The notes under the pieces: generated by a model
Told to the model about the DNA's origin: nothing
Seen by the model: only the letters and a program-made list of their open reading frames with translations
Databases searched by the model: none
DNA from: Escherichia coli
GTDB lineage: Bacteria; Pseudomonadota; Gammaproteobacteria; Enterobacterales; Enterobacteriaceae
Assembly (NCBI RefSeq): GCF_003018115.1
Contig: NZ_CP027457.1
Direction: 5' to 3' (one strand)
DNA: 64,000 bases
Shown: positions 1 to 18,003 of the stretch, in pieces
Numbering within the stretch: position 1 is the stretch's first letter
How the letters are laid out: each line of letters opens with the position of its first letter
Position numbers and translations under genes: made by a program

Positions 1-1079
1 GCGCTGCCGCCGGGTATTATGCAACCCGCGCCGGTTTAAACGTGCTTATGACCGACGCCCATATGCCACCACATCAACACGGCAGCCACCACGGCGATAC
101 GCGATTAATTCGCCATGCTTATGGTGAAGGCGAAAAGTATGTCCCGCTGGTCCTCCGCGCGCAAACGCTGTGGGATGAGCTCTCCCGCCACAACGAAGAT
201 GATCCTATTTTTGTACGCTCTGGTGTCATTAACCTTGGCCCGGCTGACTCCGCATTTCTCGCCAACGTCGCCCACAGCGCCGAACAGTGGCAACTCAACG
301 TTGAAAAGCTCGATGCGCAAGGGATTATGGCCCGCTGGCCAGAAATACTCGTCCCGGACAACTACATCGGCTTATTTGAGACTGATTCCGGTTTTTTGCG
401 CAGCGAACTGGCGATTAAAACCTGGATCCAACTGGCGAAGGAAGCGGGCTGTGCGCAACTGTTCAACTGCCCGGTCACCGCAATTCGTCATGACGATGAT
501 GGCGTAACTATTGAAACGGCTGACGGTGAGTATCAGGCGAAAAAAGCGATTGTCTGCGCGGGAACATGGGTAAAAGACCTGCTCCCGGAGCTGCCTGTCC
601 AGCCCGTACGTAAAGTATTTGCCTGGTATCAGGCCGATGGCCGCTATAGCGTGAAGAATAAATTCCCGGCGTTTACCGGTGAACTGCCCAATGGCGATCA
701 ATATTATGGTTTTCCGGCAGAAAACGACGCGTTGAAGATTGGTAAACATAACGGAGGCCAGGTTATCCATTCAGCGGATGAACGTGTTCCGTTTGCGGAA
801 GTGGCCAGTGATGGGTCAGAAGCCTTCCCGTTCTTGCGCAATGTATTGCCGGGTATCGGTTGCTGCCTGTACGGCGCTGCCTGCACCTATGATAATTCGC
901 CTGACGAAGATTTTATTATCGATACCCTACCCGGCCACGATAATACACTGCTCATTACCGGCCTGAGTGGGCACGGTTTTAAATTTGCGTCAGTTTTAGG
1001 GGAAATAGCTGCCGATTTTGCGCAAGACAAAAAAAGCGATTTTGATTTGACGCCATTCAGGCTTTCCCGCTTCCAATAA
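1..1079 (+). CDS. solA: N-methyl-L-tryptophan oxidase (5' end outside window)
   Basis: Frame open to window edge; translation ...[43 protein letters not shown]... matches recalled E. coli SolA; gene order with yceO/yceJ. Confidence 0.93.
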
Positions 1080-1088
1080 TCATCATTA

Positions 1089-1113
1089 CGGCCTCCAGAA
1101 TGAGGCCGTTTTT
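1089..1113 (+). terminator. rho-independent terminator after solA
   Basis: cggcctc-cagaat-gaggccg stem-loop followed by ttttt, 10 nt after the solA stop. Confidence 0.75.
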
Positions 1114-1126
1114 ACAGGAGTATTTA

Positions 1127-1240
1127 ATGCGTCGGCTGTTGCACTATCTCATCAATAATATTCGCGAGCATCTGATGCTTTATCTTTTTCTCTGGGGATT
1201 GTTGGCAATTATGGATCTGATCTATGTGTTTTATTTTTAG
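1127..1240 (+). CDS. yceO: small membrane protein YceO
   Basis: ATG 1127, stop 1238-1240; 37 aa [37 protein letters not shown]; position between solA and yceJ as in K-12. Confidence 0.7.
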
Positions 1241-1500
1241 TTTTCCGCACTGACATAAACTGACAAATATTTAATCTCCCTTTCATTTAGCGTGAAAAAT
1301 TGAATGAGATTATTCCTGCTTCTACAGCACTCACCAGACATCTCTGATGCTGAACCCACTAAACTTATGAAGATTCTTTCATTATTAATTCAAAATTATT
1401 GAAATAAAAATAAATATCATTCAATTTGTTATTTTTGTGTTGCAATTCATTCTCCGACACGCCATTTTCTTTCTCTCGCAAATTCGTTTTGGATGCACTT

Positions 1501-2067
1501 ATGTCATTCACAAATACCCCTGAACGCTATGGTGTTATATCTGCGGCCTTCCATTGGCTAAGCGCAATTATTGTCTACGGCATGTTTGCTTTAGGTCTGT
1601 GGATGGTCACGCTCAGTTATTACGATGGCTGGTATCACAAAGCACCCGAACTGCATAAAAGCATCGGTATTTTGTTAATGATGGGGCTGGTTATTCGCGT
1701 TCTGTGGCGTGTCATATCTCCACCGCCGGGTCCGCTGCCGAGTTATTCGCCCATGACTCGTCTTGCCGCAAAAGCTGGACATCTCGCATTGTACCTATTG
1801 CTGTTCGCCATCGGCATCAGCGGCTATCTGATCTCAACTGCCGATGGTAAACCGATCAGCGTTTTTGGCTGGTTTGACGTCCCCGCGACCCTTGCCGACG
1901 CTGGCGCACAGGCAGACTTTGCCGGTGCCCTGCATTTTTGGCTCGCGTGGAGCGTCGTAGTACTGTCCGTTATGCACGGATTTATGGCCCTGAAGCATCA
2001 TTTCATCGATAAAGACGACACTCTGAAGCGCATGCTGGGAAAGTCGTCATCTGACTATGGAGTATAA
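1501..2067 (+). CDS. yceJ: cytochrome b561 homologue
   Basis: ORF 1426..2067; ATG at 1501 gives 188 aa MSFTNTPERYGV...; multi-TM protein with His residues; precedes yceI by 3 nt. Confidence 0.88.
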   Translation: MSFTNTPERYGVISAAFHWLSAIIVYGMFALGLWMVTLSYYDGWYHKAPELHKSIGILLMMGLVIRVLWRVISPPPGPLPSYSPMTRLAAKAGHLALYLLLFAIGISGYLISTADGKPISVFGWFDVPATLADAGAQADFAGALHFWLAWSVVVLSVMHGFMALKHHFIDKDDTLKRMLGKSSSDYGV

Positions 2068-2070
2068 AAA

Positions 2071-2646
2071 ATGAAAAAAAGCCTGCTTGGTTTAACCTTC
2101 GCGTCCCTGATGTTCTCTGCCGGTTCAGCGGTTGCCGCCGATTACAAAATTGACAAAGAAGGTCAGCACGCCTTTGTTAACTTCCGCATCCAGCATCTTG
2201 GCTATAGCTGGTTATATGGCACCTTTAAAGATTTCGACGGTACTTTTACCTTTGATGAAAAAAATCCAGCTGCCGATAAAGTGAATGTGACAATTAACAC
2301 CACCAGCGTCGATACTAATCACGCCGAACGTGATAAACATCTTCGCAGTGCAGATTTCCTCAATACCGCAAAATATCCACAGGCAACATTCACCTCCACC
2401 AGCGTGAAGAAAGACGGTGACGAACTGGATATTACCGGCGATCTGACGCTGAATGGCGTAACCAAACCCGTCACGCTGGAAGCGAAATTAATTGGTCAGG
2501 GCGACGACCCGTGGGGTGGTAAACGAGCAGGCTTTGAGGCCGAAGGCAAAATTAAGCTCAAGGACTTCAATATCAAGACAGATTTAGGTCCAGCTTCTCA
2601 GGAAGTGGATCTGATTATTTCAGTGGAAGGCGTACAGCAGAAGTAA
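2071..2646 (+). CDS. yceI: periplasmic YceI-family polyisoprenoid-binding protein
   Basis: 191-aa ORF with signal peptide [22 protein letters not shown]; K-12 synteny. Confidence 0.92.
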
Positions 2647-2656
2647 GAGTGAAATG

Positions 2657-2681
2657 TTGCCGGATGGCACGCATCCGGCAA
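2657..2681. terminator. stem-loop between convergent yceI and yceA
   Basis: ttgccggatg / catccggcaa perfect 10-bp inverted repeat with 5-nt loop. Confidence 0.6.
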
Positions 2682-2687
2682 TGATAT

Positions 2688-3740
2688 TTATTCTGTTGGA
2701 TCAGGAATGCCCAGTGTTGTATTCAGACGTCCACGAGACTTATTAAAGATCTTATTGCCATTTTCACGTCCTGCCCGACGGCGTCGCTGTTCTTCTGGCG
2801 GTAACGCGCTTTCTTCGCAGCAAATCTCACTACAACAACCTTTGTATTTTTCCGCACATACTGGACACTGAATAAACAGCAGGTGGCAGCCATCATTTTT
2901 ACAGTTGGTATGGCTGTCGCACGGCGCACCGCACTGGTGGCAATGCGCAATAATCTCATCAGTTATACGTTCGCCCATCCGCTCGTCAAAAACAAAATTT
3001 TTGCCAATAAAACGCACCGGCAAGCCCTGCTCGCGCGCCCTACGGGCGTATTCAATAATTCCGCCCTCGATATGCCAGACTTTATTGAATCCGTTATGTT
3101 TCATCCAGGCACTGGCCTTTTCACAACGAATGCCGCCGGTGCAGTACATGACGATTTTTTTATCTTTATGTGCCTGCATCATCTCGACTGCTTTTGGCAG
3201 CTGCTCACGGAAGGTATCTGCTGGAATTTCCAGCGCGTTTTCAAAGTGCCCCACTTCATACTCATAGTGGTTACGCATGTCGATAAACAGTGCATCGGGA
3301 TCGTCAAGCATGGCGTTCACTTCCGCCGCTTGCAGATACTCACCAACATTGCTGGCATCAAAGTGAGGATCGTCAATACCGTCGGCAACGATACGATCGC
3401 GGACCTTCATGCGCAGTACCCAGAAGGATTTCCCGTCATCATCCAACGCGATATTCAGGCGTAAGCCATCTAAAGCCGAGTCGAAGGCATAGAGCTGCGC
3501 GCGAAATGTTTCAACATTGCTCGCAGGTACGCTGATTTGCGCGTTAATGCCCTCATGCGCCAGATACACTCGCCCAAAAACATTCAGCGCGGTAAACAGC
3601 TGATATAAAGCGTCACGGGTCGCCTTAGGATCGGCGATGTGGAAATACTTATAAAACGAAATGGTGGTTCGCGGTTCGCTCTCAGCCAACATTTTGGCTT
3701 TTAACGCGTCGTTGGAAATGCGGTTGTGTAACACTGGCAT
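2688..3740 (-). CDS. yceA: rhodanese-domain tRNA U34 hydroxylase (YceA/TrhO)
   Basis: ORF 2688..3794; [16 protein letters not shown] start at 3740 gives 350 aa; rhodanese [10 protein letters not shown] motif; C-terminal Cys cluster. Confidence 0.9.
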   Translation of the reverse strand: MPVLHNRISNDALKAKMLAESEPRTTISFYKYFHIADPKATRDALYQLFTALNVFGRVYLAHEGINAQISVPASNVETFRAQLYAFDSALDGLRLNIALDDDGKSFWVLRMKVRDRIVADGIDDPHFDASNVGEYLQAAEVNAMLDDPDALFIDMRNHYEYEVGHFENALEIPADTFREQLPKAVEMMQAHKDKKIVMYCTGGIRCEKASAWMKHNGFNKVWHIEGGIIEYARRAREQGLPVRFIGKNFVFDERMGERITDEIIAHCHQCGAPCDSHTNCKNDGCHLLFIQCPVCAEKYKGCCSEICCEESALPPEEQRRRRAGRENGNKIFNKSRGRLNTTLGIPDPTE

Positions 3741-3964
3741 GGTGTACGATTCCTGCGAGATGGGAAAGTAAAAATCCGCGGCATGATATAGCAATTATCG
3801 ATAATTAACATCCACATATTTTACGCTACATTTGCGCATTAAAAATTATTTGTTATTTACAAGCGCGGCAATTTCGCCCAGTCTTCAGCCACAAATTTTG
3901 GTTGCGGGCGAAAAAATGCGACAATACATACAATTGCCCGAATAGGTTGAAAAACAGGATTGAT

Positions 3965-4885
3965 ATGACGAATCTACCCAAGTTCTCCACCGCACTGCTT
4001 CATCCGCGTTATTGGTTAACCTGGTTGGGTATTGGCGTACTTTGGTTAGTCGTGCAATTGCCCTACCCGGTTATCTACCGCCTCGGTTGTGGATTAGGAA
4101 AACTGGCGTTACGTTTTATGAAACGACGCGCAAAAATTGTGCATCGCAACCTGGAACTGTGCTTCCCGGAAATGAGCGAACAAGAACGCCGTAAAATGGC
4201 GGTGAAGAATTTCGAATCCGTTGGCATGGGACTGATGGAAACTGGCATGGCGTGGTTCTGGCCGGACCGCCGAATCGCCCGCTGGACGGAAGTGATCGGC
4301 ATGGAACACATTCGTGACGTGCAGGCGCAAAAACGCGGCATCCTGTTAGTTGGCATCCATTTTCTTACACTGGAGCTGGGTGCGCGGCAGTTTGGTATGC
4401 AGGAACCGGGGATTGGCGTTTACCGCCCGAACGATAATCCACTGATTGACTGGCTACAAACCTGGGGCCGTTTGCGCTCAAATAAATCGATGCTCGACCG
4501 CAAAGATTTAAAAGGCATGATTAAAGCCCTGAAAAAAGGCGAAGTGGTCTGGTACGCACCGGATCATGATTACGGCCCGCGCTCAAGCGTTTTCGTCCCG
4601 TTGTTTGCCGTTGAGCAGGCTGCGACCACGACCGGAACCTGGATGCTGGCACGGATGTCCGGCGCATGTCTGGTGCCCTTCGTTCCACGCCGTAAGCCAG
4701 ATGGCAAAGGGTATCAATTGATTATGCTGCCGCCAGAGTGTTCTCCGCCGCTGGATGATGCCGAAACTACCGCCGCGTGGATGAACAAAGTGGTCGAAAA
4801 ATGCATCATGATGGCACCAGAGCAGTATATGTGGTTACACCGTCGCTTTAAAACACGCCCGGAAGGCGTTCCTTCACGCTATTAA
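3965..4885 (+). CDS. lpxL: lipid A lauroyl acyltransferase
   Basis: ATG 3965 gives 306 aa [20 protein letters not shown]...; K-12 synteny. Confidence 0.93.
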   Translation: MTNLPKFSTALLHPRYWLTWLGIGVLWLVVQLPYPVIYRLGCGLGKLALRFMKRRAKIVHRNLELCFPEMSEQERRKMAVKNFESVGMGLMETGMAWFWPDRRIARWTEVIGMEHIRDVQAQKRGILLVGIHFLTLELGARQFGMQEPGIGVYRPNDNPLIDWLQTWGRLRSNKSMLDRKDLKGMIKALKKGEVVWYAPDHDYGPRSSVFVPLFAVEQAATTTGTWMLARMSGACLVPFVPRRKPDGKGYQLIMLPPECSPPLDDAETTAAWMNKVVEKCIMMAPEQYMWLHRRFKTRPEGVPSRY

Positions 4886-4892
4886 ATCTCCC

Positions 4893-4923
4893 ATGCCGGA
4901 TGCTTCAGAATGGCATCCGGCAT
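4893..4923 (+). terminator. REP-like stem-loop after lpxL
   Basis: atgccggatgc / gcatccggcat 11-bp inverted repeat with 9-nt loop; no T-run, so terminator function is uncertain. Confidence 0.45.
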
Positions 4924-5056
4924 TACCACAGCAAATCCCCCTGATTTAGCGATAAAAGCTCTCTGGATTGCGCCCCCTGGAAGTCGGGCGCATAATTAGT
5001 GTGCTTATCTTTTCTTCTTATGTTCACCGCGCCTGGCGCACCAACAGCGGATTGCT

Positions 5057-6283
5057 ATGTCACCCTGTGAAAATGACACCCCTATAAACTGGAAACGAAA
5101 CCTGATCGTCGCCTGGCTAGGCTGTTTTCTTACCGGGGCCGCCTTCAGTCTGGTAATGCCCTTCTTACCCCTCTACGTTGAGCAGCTTGGCGTTACCGGC
5201 CACTCCGCCTTGAATATGTGGTCCGGTATTGTCTTCAGCATTACATTTTTATTTTCGGCCATCGCCTCACCGTTTTGGGGTGGACTCGCCGACCGTAAAG
5301 GCCGAAAACTCATGCTATTACGTTCTGCTCTCGGCATGGGCATCGTGATGGTGTTGATGGGACTGGCACAAAATATCTGGCAGTTTTTGATCCTGCGGGC
5401 GCTTCTTGGTTTACTTGGCGGATTTGTCCCCAACGCTAATGCTCTTATCGCCACACAAGTACCGCGTAATAAAAGCGGCTGGGCGCTGGGTACGCTCTCC
5501 ACAGGCGGCGTTAGTGGTGCGTTGCTCGGCCCAATGGCTGGCGGCCTGCTCGCCGATAGCTACGGCTTACGTCCGGTATTCTTTATTACCGCCAGTGTGC
5601 TCATACTCTGCTTTTCCGTCACCCTGTTCTGCATCAGAGAAAAATTCCAGCCGGTCAGCAAAAAAGAGATGCTGCACATGCGGGAAGTGGTGACATCACT
5701 TAAAAACCCGAAACTGGTACTCAGCCTGTTTGTCACCACGTTAATCATCCAGGTAGCGACGGGCTCAATTGCCCCCATTCTGACGCTGTATGTCCGCGAA
5801 CTGGCGGGTAACGTCAGTAACGTCGCCTTTATCAGTGGCATGATCGCCTCGGTGCCAGGCGTGGCGGCTCTGCTGAGTGCACCACGACTCGGCAAACTTG
5901 GCGATCGAATCGGCCCCGAAAAGATCCTGATTACGGCGCTGATCTTTTCTGTACTGCTGTTGATCCCAATGTCATACGTTCAGACGCCATTACAACTTGG
6001 GATTTTACGTTTTTTGCTCGGTGCCGCCGATGGTGCACTACTCCCCGCCGTACAGACCCTGTTGGTTTACAACTCGAGCAACCAAATCGCCGGACGTATC
6101 TTCAGCTATAACCAATCGTTTCGTGATATTGGCAACGTTACCGGACCATTGATGGGAGCAGCGATTTCAGCGAACTACGGTTTCAGAGCGGTATTTCTCG
6201 TCACCGCTGGCGTAGTGTTATTCAACGCAGTCTATTCATGGAACAGTCTACGTCGTCGTCGAATACCCCAGGTATCGAACTGA
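5057..6283 (+). CDS. mdtG: MFS multidrug efflux transporter
   Basis: 408-aa ORF, about 12 TM segments, [24 protein letters not shown]...; K-12 synteny. Confidence 0.93.
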   Translation: MSPCENDTPINWKRNLIVAWLGCFLTGAAFSLVMPFLPLYVEQLGVTGHSALNMWSGIVFSITFLFSAIASPFWGGLADRKGRKLMLLRSALGMGIVMVLMGLAQNIWQFLILRALLGLLGGFVPNANALIATQVPRNKSGWALGTLSTGGVSGALLGPMAGGLLADSYGLRPVFFITASVLILCFSVTLFCIREKFQPVSKKEMLHMREVVTSLKNPKLVLSLFVTTLIIQVATGSIAPILTLYVRELAGNVSNVAFISGMIASVPGVAALLSAPRLGKLGDRIGPEKILITALIFSVLLLIPMSYVQTPLQLGILRFLLGAADGALLPAVQTLLVYNSSNQIAGRIFSYNQSFRDIGNVTGPLMGAAISANYGFRAVFLVTAGVVLFNAVYSWNSLRRRRIPQVSN

Positions 6284-6365
6284 TTTTTCGCCTTTCATAC
6301 TTGCAAAAGCGGAGAATCAGCTATCCTTTTCCCTGAAACCTCATCAACTCAAAGGGAGAATCGTG

Positions 6366-6740
6366 ATGACCATGTACGCAACGCTTGAAGAAGCCATTGA
6401 CGCTGCACGCGAAGAATTTCTTGCAGACAACCCCGGCATTGACGCCGAAGACGCGAATGTGCAACAGTTCAATGCCCAAAAATACGTTTTGCAGGACGGC
6501 GACATCATGTGGCAAGTTGAGTTTTTTGCCGACGAAGGGGAAGAAGGTGAATGTTTACCTATGCTTAGCGGTGAAGCCGCGCAAAGTGTTTTTGATGGCG
6601 ACTATGATGAGATAGAGATCCGCCAGGAGTGGCAGGAAGAGAATACATTACATGAATGGGACGAGGGGGAATTTCAGCTTGAGCCACCGCTGGATACCGA
6701 GGAAGGACGCGCAGCAGCTGATGAGTGGGATGAACGTTAA
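6366..6740 (+). CDS. msyB: acidic protein MsyB
   Basis: 124 aa MTMYATLEEAIDAAREEF..., extremely D/E rich; K-12 synteny. Confidence 0.92.
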   Translation: MTMYATLEEAIDAAREEFLADNPGIDAEDANVQQFNAQKYVLQDGDIMWQVEFFADEGEEGECLPMLSGEAAQSVFDGDYDEIEIRQEWQEENTLHEWDEGEFQLEPPLDTEEGRAAADEWDER

Positions 6741-6968
6741 TCACTCATACGGGCCATGATGAATGTCGATCGGCAGCAGTAAAGTATCAAAAACCAGGGA
6801 GAATGGCAGATCAAGGATTGTGACATAACGCCAGGCGGAGTCACGCACATCCCATTGCACACCGGGATAATATTGGTTGCCATGCCCCTGCCCCGGTATA
6901 GTGCGGCTAATGATGCTGCCACAGCCACTCAGCAAGGTCACCATGATGCTCACCACAATTAAACGCAT
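6741..6968 (-). CDS. yceK: lipoprotein YceK
   Basis: 75 aa with lipobox LLSGC; convergent with msyB. Confidence 0.88.
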   Translation of the reverse strand: MRLIVVSIMVTLLSGCGSIISRTIPGQGHGNQYYPGVQWDVRDSAWRYVTILDLPFSLVFDTLLLPIDIHHGPYE

Positions 6969-7032
6969 TTGATACCTCTTCCGTAAAAAAATACCGGCAT
7001 AACGCCGGTATTTTTATTGGCTCGTTGTTTTT

Positions 7033-7131
7033 GCCAGATGCGACGTGAACGCCTTACCCAACCTACAAAATCTTGCAAAATCAATAAATTGCAGGAACGA
7101 TGTAGGCCTGATAAGCGTAGCGCATCAGGCA
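7033..7131. repeat. REP pair (BIME-like)
   Basis: gccagatgcgacgtgaacgccttacccaacctac and inverted gtaggcctgataagcgtagcgcatcaggca resemble the E. coli REP consensus. Confidence 0.75.
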
Positions 7132-7140
7132 ACTACGTTT

Positions 7141-11323
<4,183 letters not shown>

Positions 11324-11604
11324 TCAGCACGCTGGCTCATGGATTAAGCACCTGATTGCAACCGTTTTCACTTTCCGTGCTTCTCCTAAAGACAGAAGCA
11401 TCGACTTCGTGTAGGGTTTGCCAGCAAATTTATTTATCAACCGTCTTACAGACGCTTCCATTCTGGTTAGTGGTAGCGGTGATGCTATGCATAAAAACTT
11501 GAAGCCTGCGCCTGGCGCGGTCAGGTCGGTGTCGCTATGGCAACAAGCCTAAAGGCATAACCCGACAGGGATAAGACGAAAAATCCGAGATTAGTTAACC
11601 ATAT

Positions 11605-12762
11605 ATGAATCCAGTACCCGCGCAACGTGAATATTTCCTCGACTCCATCCGCGCCTGGCTGATGTTGTTAGGGATCCCTTTTCATATTTCTTTAATCTAT
11701 TCGAGCCATACATGGCATGTGAATAGCGCCGAACCGTCATTGTGGCTGACCCTTTTTAATGACTTCATCCACTCGTTCCGCATGCAGGTATTTTTCGTTA
11801 TATCCGGCTACTTTTCCTACATGCTTTTTTTACGCTATCCCTTGAAAAAATGGTGGAAAGTACGTGTCGAACGTGTAGGTATCCCGATGTTAACAGCCAT
11901 CCCCCTACTGACATTGCCGCAATTTATTATGCTGCAATACGTCAAAGGGAAAGCGGAAAGTTGGCCTGGACTGTCATTGTATGACAAATATAATACGTTG
12001 GCCTGGGAATTAATATCGCACCTGTGGTTTTTATTGGTGTTAGTGGTCATGACGACGCTGTGCGTCTGGATATTCAAACGCATCAGAAATAATTTAGAAA
12101 ATTCTGATAAAACGAATAAAAAATTCTCGATGGTAAAACTATCGGTGATTTTTTTGTGCCTCGGCATCGGCTATGCGGTAATAAGAAGAACGATTTTTAT
12201 TGTGTATCCGCCCATTCTGAGTAACGGCATGTTCAATTTTATTGTCATGCAAACGCTATTTTATTTGCCGTTCTTTATCCTCGGCGCACTGGCTTTCATT
12301 TTCCCTCATCTTAAAGCCTTGTTTACCACGCCGTCTCGTGGCTGTACCCTCGCAGCAGCATTGGCATTTGTCGCTTACTTACTCAACCAGCGCTATGGCA
12401 GTGGCGATGCCTGGATGTACGAAACCGAGTCTGTGATCACCATGGTCCTCGGTCTGTGGATGGTGAATGTGGTCTTCTCCTTCGGCCACCGTTTGCTTAA
12501 CTTCCAGTCAGCGCGGGTGACTTACTTTGTTAACGCATCGCTATTTATCTATCTGGTTCACCACCCGTTAACGCTGTTTTTCGGCGCGTACATTACACCG
12601 CACATCACCTCCAACTGGCTTGGTTTTCTCTGTGGCCTGATATTCGTAGTAGGGATTGCGATAATTCTGTATGAAATTCATTTACGCATCCCATTACTGA
12701 AGTTTTTGTTCTCTGGTAAACCGGTTGTTAAGCGTGAGAACGATAAAGCACCAGCCCGTTAA
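11605..12762 (+). CDS. opgC: OPG succinyltransferase (membrane acyltransferase_3)
   Basis: 385-aa polytopic ORF divergent from opgGH; K-12 synteny. Confidence 0.92.
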   Translation: MNPVPAQREYFLDSIRAWLMLLGIPFHISLIYSSHTWHVNSAEPSLWLTLFNDFIHSFRMQVFFVISGYFSYMLFLRYPLKKWWKVRVERVGIPMLTAIPLLTLPQFIMLQYVKGKAESWPGLSLYDKYNTLAWELISHLWFLLVLVVMTTLCVWIFKRIRNNLENSDKTNKKFSMVKLSVIFLCLGIGYAVIRRTIFIVYPPILSNGMFNFIVMQTLFYLPFFILGALAFIFPHLKALFTTPSRGCTLAAALAFVAYLLNQRYGSGDAWMYETESVITMVLGLWMVNVVFSFGHRLLNFQSARVTYFVNASLFIYLVHHPLTLFFGAYITPHITSNWLGFLCGLIFVVGIAIILYEIHLRIPLLKFLFSGKPVVKRENDKAPAR

Positions 12763-12769
12763 GCCGCGT

Positions 12770-14200
12770 TTACAATAACCATTCCACGGGCAATATCGAC
12801 GCCAGTCTGACCATAACCCGCTTCCAGAAACTGGTGGCGGGTTCTTTTTTGAGAACAATCTCTTTCTTTGCATGACGATCAACCCAGTTGATCCGTCCCC
12901 ACCTGTCCAGACGGAGCTGCCAGGCCGCATCATACTGGCTCTGAATAAAGCGTTTATCAATTAACTGTGCCAGCGTTTCGCTCTCTATCACGAAGCCCAT
13001 TTCAGTATTGAGCAATGTTGAACGCGGATCGAAATTGAAAGAGCCGATAAACACCGTTTTACCATCGATGCTAAAGGTTTTAGCATGCAGGCTGGCACCG
13101 GAATTACCTGTTATGCCGCGATCGTGTAACGTACTACTTTGTTCACACGTCGGCTTGAGTTCATATAATTCCACGCCATAACGGAGCAATTTTTTGCGCC
13201 AGCGCGCGTATCCGGCATGGACGACAGCAACATCGTTAGCGGCAAGAGAATTGGTTAGGATCGCAATCTTTACCCCTTTTCTCACCATCCGTAAGAGTTG
13301 CGCCACACCTGCGCGTGTCGGTACAAAATAGGAAGAGATAATATCGATGCGTTCACTGGGTGAGCCCATGATATCGAACAGGCGCTGCGGTAACAGTGAA
13401 TGCCGTTTTGCCTTGCCCTCCCCTTTCGCCGGATCATCACTTAATAAACGTGTCTTCGCCCAGATAAGCGGCAACGTTCCATCAACCAGATGATTTATAA
13501 ACGGACTGGATTCCATTTTGCGTAAATAACGATGCGTCATGGCATCGTTATGCCAGGAGGCGGGTAACTCGATGCGATCCGCCATTTCACCTTCCGGGAC
13601 ATCCAGCACCTGCTGTAAGGGTGAAACCGATTTGCAATACCAGTAGCGGGCGAAATCATCGGCAACGTCCTCTACTACGGGTCCTATTGCCATGACATCT
13701 AAATCCGAAAAAAGTGGCTCTTCCCCTGCCCCAAAATAGGCATCACCAATATTTCGCCCCCCTACCAGCGTCACCACGCCATCGACAGTGAAACTTTTAT
13801 TGTGCATACGGCGATTGAGGCGGGAAAAGTCGGTGATATAACCAAGCGGACGCAGCAAGCGAAACGAGAAAGGATTAAAAAGCCGGACTTCAATGCGGGG
13901 ATGGCTGTCAAGCAAGCGTAAAATGTCGTCAAGTCCGGGCGTATTGTTGTCGTCCAGCAACAAACGGACGCGAACGCCACGCTTTGCTGCGGCTAACAGG
14001 GCGGAAAACAGTAACCGACCCGACATATCGTCCTGCCAGATGTAATACTGAACATCCAGCGTATGCTCTGCCATTTCGGCCAGACGATACCGGGCGGCAA
14101 ACGCATCCAAACTTTTCTCCAGAGGGAAAAGACCACACTGACCGGGATGTTGCGAACACAGTGGCAGCACCGCGCTCGCCAGCCGGGGCAAATCATTCAT
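12770..14200 (-). CDS. clsC: cardiolipin synthase C (PLD family)
   Basis: ORF 12770..14350; [11 protein letters not shown] start at 14200 overlaps ymdB stop (gatgaatga); two HxK PLD motifs ([16 protein letters not shown]). Confidence 0.9.
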   Translation of the reverse strand: MNDLPRLASAVLPLCSQHPGQCGLFPLEKSLDAFAARYRLAEMAEHTLDVQYYIWQDDMSGRLLFSALLAAAKRGVRVRLLLDDNNTPGLDDILRLLDSHPRIEVRLFNPFSFRLLRPLGYITDFSRLNRRMHNKSFTVDGVVTLVGGRNIGDAYFGAGEEPLFSDLDVMAIGPVVEDVADDFARYWYCKSVSPLQQVLDVPEGEMADRIELPASWHNDAMTHRYLRKMESSPFINHLVDGTLPLIWAKTRLLSDDPAKGEGKAKRHSLLPQRLFDIMGSPSERIDIISSYFVPTRAGVAQLLRMVRKGVKIAILTNSLAANDVAVVHAGYARWRKKLLRYGVELYELKPTCEQSSTLHDRGITGNSGASLHAKTFSIDGKTVFIGSFNFDPRSTLLNTEMGFVIESETLAQLIDKRFIQSQYDAAWQLRLDRWGRINWVDRHAKKEIVLKKEPATSFWKRVMVRLASILPVEWLL

Positions 14201-14726
14201 CTCCTTGTTGGGTAAGGAGTCTTTCGTAGAGGTGGGCGTTTTCTTCATCATAACAGACAAAGTATACCTGTTCGGGTAAAGCGTGACGGGTAATAAATTC
14301 TGAAACGGTTTTAACTGCGATTTCAGCCGCTGCCGCACGAGGGTAACCATAAACCCCAGTACTGATTGCAGGAAAAGCCACTGACGTATAGCTGTTTGCC
14401 GCCACCAGTCGCAGGCTATTCAGATAGGCATCCTGCAAAAGCTGGTCTTCGTTTTGTTCACCACCACGCCAGACTGGCCCGACGGTGTGTACTACGGCTT
14501 TAGCGGGAAGATCGCCTGCAAGCGTAATAACGGCATGCCCCGTAGGGCAATCGCCCTGCTGTTGCCTGACTTTTAAACAGGCATCCAGCAGGGCCGGACC
14601 CGCTGCGCGATGAATGGCCCCATCGACGCCGCCGCCTCCCATTAATGACGGATTAGCCGCATTCACAATCACATCAACGGCCAGTTTGGTAATATCACCC
14701 TGCACAACATGAATACGCGTTTTCAT
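14193..14726 (-). CDS. ymdB: macrodomain O-acetyl-ADP-ribose deacetylase
   Basis: 177 aa [25 protein letters not shown]...; macrodomain signature. Confidence 0.93.
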
Positions 14727-14820
14727 AACGCCTCCTTACACCTTCTTGTTTCTTAAGTGTACAGCAGGCTTTTTGGTTAAATCGCATTTTTCTGCTCAGC
14801 AACGTGCGTTGTTCAGAAAC

Positions 14821-15585
<765 letters not shown>

Positions 15586-15643
15586 ATTCTTCTCCCGAAA
15601 AAAAACAGGGCTTGCGCCCTGTTTCTGTAATACAAATGATGTA

Positions 15644-16099
15644 TTAGTACTGATGAGCGGTCGCGTTGTTACCAAAGCCAACCTGAGTCACGTTGACGGA
15701 GGAATTAGATGCAGTCTGGTCAACTGCAGCACCGTTGCCACCACCGAACTGTTTAACAGTCATTTCAGAATTTTTGCCGTTCCACTGATCAAGAGTGGCG
15801 CTGTTACCGAAGCCACGTTGGGTCAGATCGATTGAGCTGTCATCTGAGCCCTGACCAACATCTGCACCATTACCACCGCCATGCTGGGTAATAGTCAAGT
15901 CAGAGTTACGGGCATCAGTTTGCAGAGCAAGTGCAGAGTTACCGCCACCGTACTGGTAAATGTTCAGCTCTGAATTTGGGCCGCTATTATTACCGCCACC
16001 ACCGTGGTTACCGCCGCCGCCGTACTGAGGAACAACACCTGCCAGAGCGCTACCGGAGAATACGATTGCTGCAATTGCTGCTACTTTTAAAAGTTTCAT
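15644..16099 (-). CDS. csgA: major curlin subunit
   Basis: 151 aa with five Q/N/G-rich repeats (SELNIYQYGGGNSALALQ...). Confidence 0.96.
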   Translation of the reverse strand: MKLLKVAAIAAIVFSGSALAGVVPQYGGGGNHGGGGNNSGPNSELNIYQYGGGNSALALQTDARNSDLTITQHGGGNGADVGQGSDDSSIDLTQRGFGNSATLDQWNGKNSEMTVKQFGGGNGAAVDQTASNSSVNVTQVGFGNNATAHQY

Positions 16100-16139
16100 G
16101 TAAAACCCCCATCGGATTGATTTAAAAGTCGAATGGAAA

Positions 16140-16595
16140 TTAACGTTGTGTCACGCGAATAGCCATTTGCGACTGTCTCTGCACTACAATTGCCGTTTTT
16201 TGAGTACCATACTGTGTAATATTTGCTTTATTACCAGAACCTTTCTGGATAATCATCGCAGTATTACCATAAGCACCTTGCGAAATACTGGCATCGTTGG
16301 CACTGCCCGCCTGATCAATATATGCAAGGTTATAATCTCCTGTCTGGTCAATCTTTGCCCGGTTGCTACTACCTTCTTGCGCAACAACCGCCAAAAGTTT
16401 TGAGCCTCCCTGCCGTAACTGAGCACTATTATTAGTCCCAGCTTGACCAATTATGGCTGCCTGATTAAATGAAGACTTACTCAATTCATTTACCGCGAAG
16501 TTATATTCTGAATTAGCTAAATCATAACCTGCTGCGGCTGCAATCCCAGGCGCACCCAGTATTGTTAACATCATAAATAACAATTTGTTTTTCAT
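16140..16595 (-). CDS. csgB: minor curlin nucleator
   Basis: MKNKLLFMMLTILGAPGIAAA start at 16595 gives 151 aa; curlin repeats. Confidence 0.95.
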   Translation of the reverse strand: MKNKLLFMMLTILGAPGIAAAAGYDLANSEYNFAVNELSKSSFNQAAIIGQAGTNNSAQLRQGGSKLLAVVAQEGSSNRAKIDQTGDYNLAYIDQAGSANDASISQGAYGNTAMIIQKGSGNKANITQYGTQKTAIVVQRQSQMAIRVTQR

Positions 16596-17348
16596 GTTGT
16601 CACCCTGGACCTGGTCGTACATTTAAGAAATTAAATCATTTCAACTTGGTTGTTAACGCAACCTGTATTTTGTTAACGCTGCGTTACGATGGAAAGTATG
16701 TCTGCGGAAATATTTTTAATAACTCACCCGCGCGTTGTATTTTTCTTTTTTTGTTCATACCAAAGTATTAAAACCCACGTAAATACGCTGTTATCTACGC
16801 AAAAAATATTTTGTTTTCTTTTAAATCTCCGTTTTCCGCTAGCAAAAAACACCAGACAGTCATTCTTCTTGCCCGTCGCTGATTGCTGCGATATGTCTTG
16901 CGCACAAGCCGTGACAAACCTCGTCTTTTTGCAGTAAAAAATTGTCCACGGAGGTGTGGAGAAAAAACAAGAACGTTTTACATGACGAAAGGACTACACC
17001 GAAATATTTTTTATATGCATTATTAGTAAGTTATCACCATTTGTATGATTTTTTAAAATTGTGCAATAAAAACCAAATGTACAACTTTTCTATCATTTCT
17101 AAACTTAATAAAACCTTAAGGTTAACATTTTAATATAACGAGTTACATTTAGTTACATGTTTAACACTTGATTTAAGATTTGTAATGGCTAGATTGAAAT
17201 CAGATGTAATCCATTAGTTTTATATTTTACCCATTTAGGGTTGATTTATTACTACACACAGCAGTGCAACATCTGTCAGTACTTCTGGTGCTTCTATTTT
17301 AGAGGCAGCTGTCAGGTGTGCGATCAATAAAAAAAGCGGGGTTTCATC
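16596..17348. promoter_or_regulatory. divergent csgBAC / csgDEFG control region
   Basis: 753-nt very AT-rich intergenic region between divergent csgB and csgD; known hub for many regulators and a long csgD 5' UTR (established knowledge, sites not mapped here). Confidence 0.85.
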
Positions 17349-17999
<651 letters not shown>

Positions 18000-18003
18000 A
18001 GCC

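Noticed and set aside
1426-1500. TTG-initiated 5' extension of yceJ from the ORF track (similar upstream extensions for yceA, lpxL, opgH, opgG, clsC, csgB, csgC, ycdZ, ghrA, flu and the IS110 transposase)
   Set aside because: Internal ATG starts reproduce the known K-12 protein N-termini and lengths. The extensions lack support.
14193-14726. YmdB macrodomain as a second DarG-like antitoxin
   Set aside because: It is a conserved core gene, translationally linked to clsC as in K-12, and unrelated in context to the island darTG.
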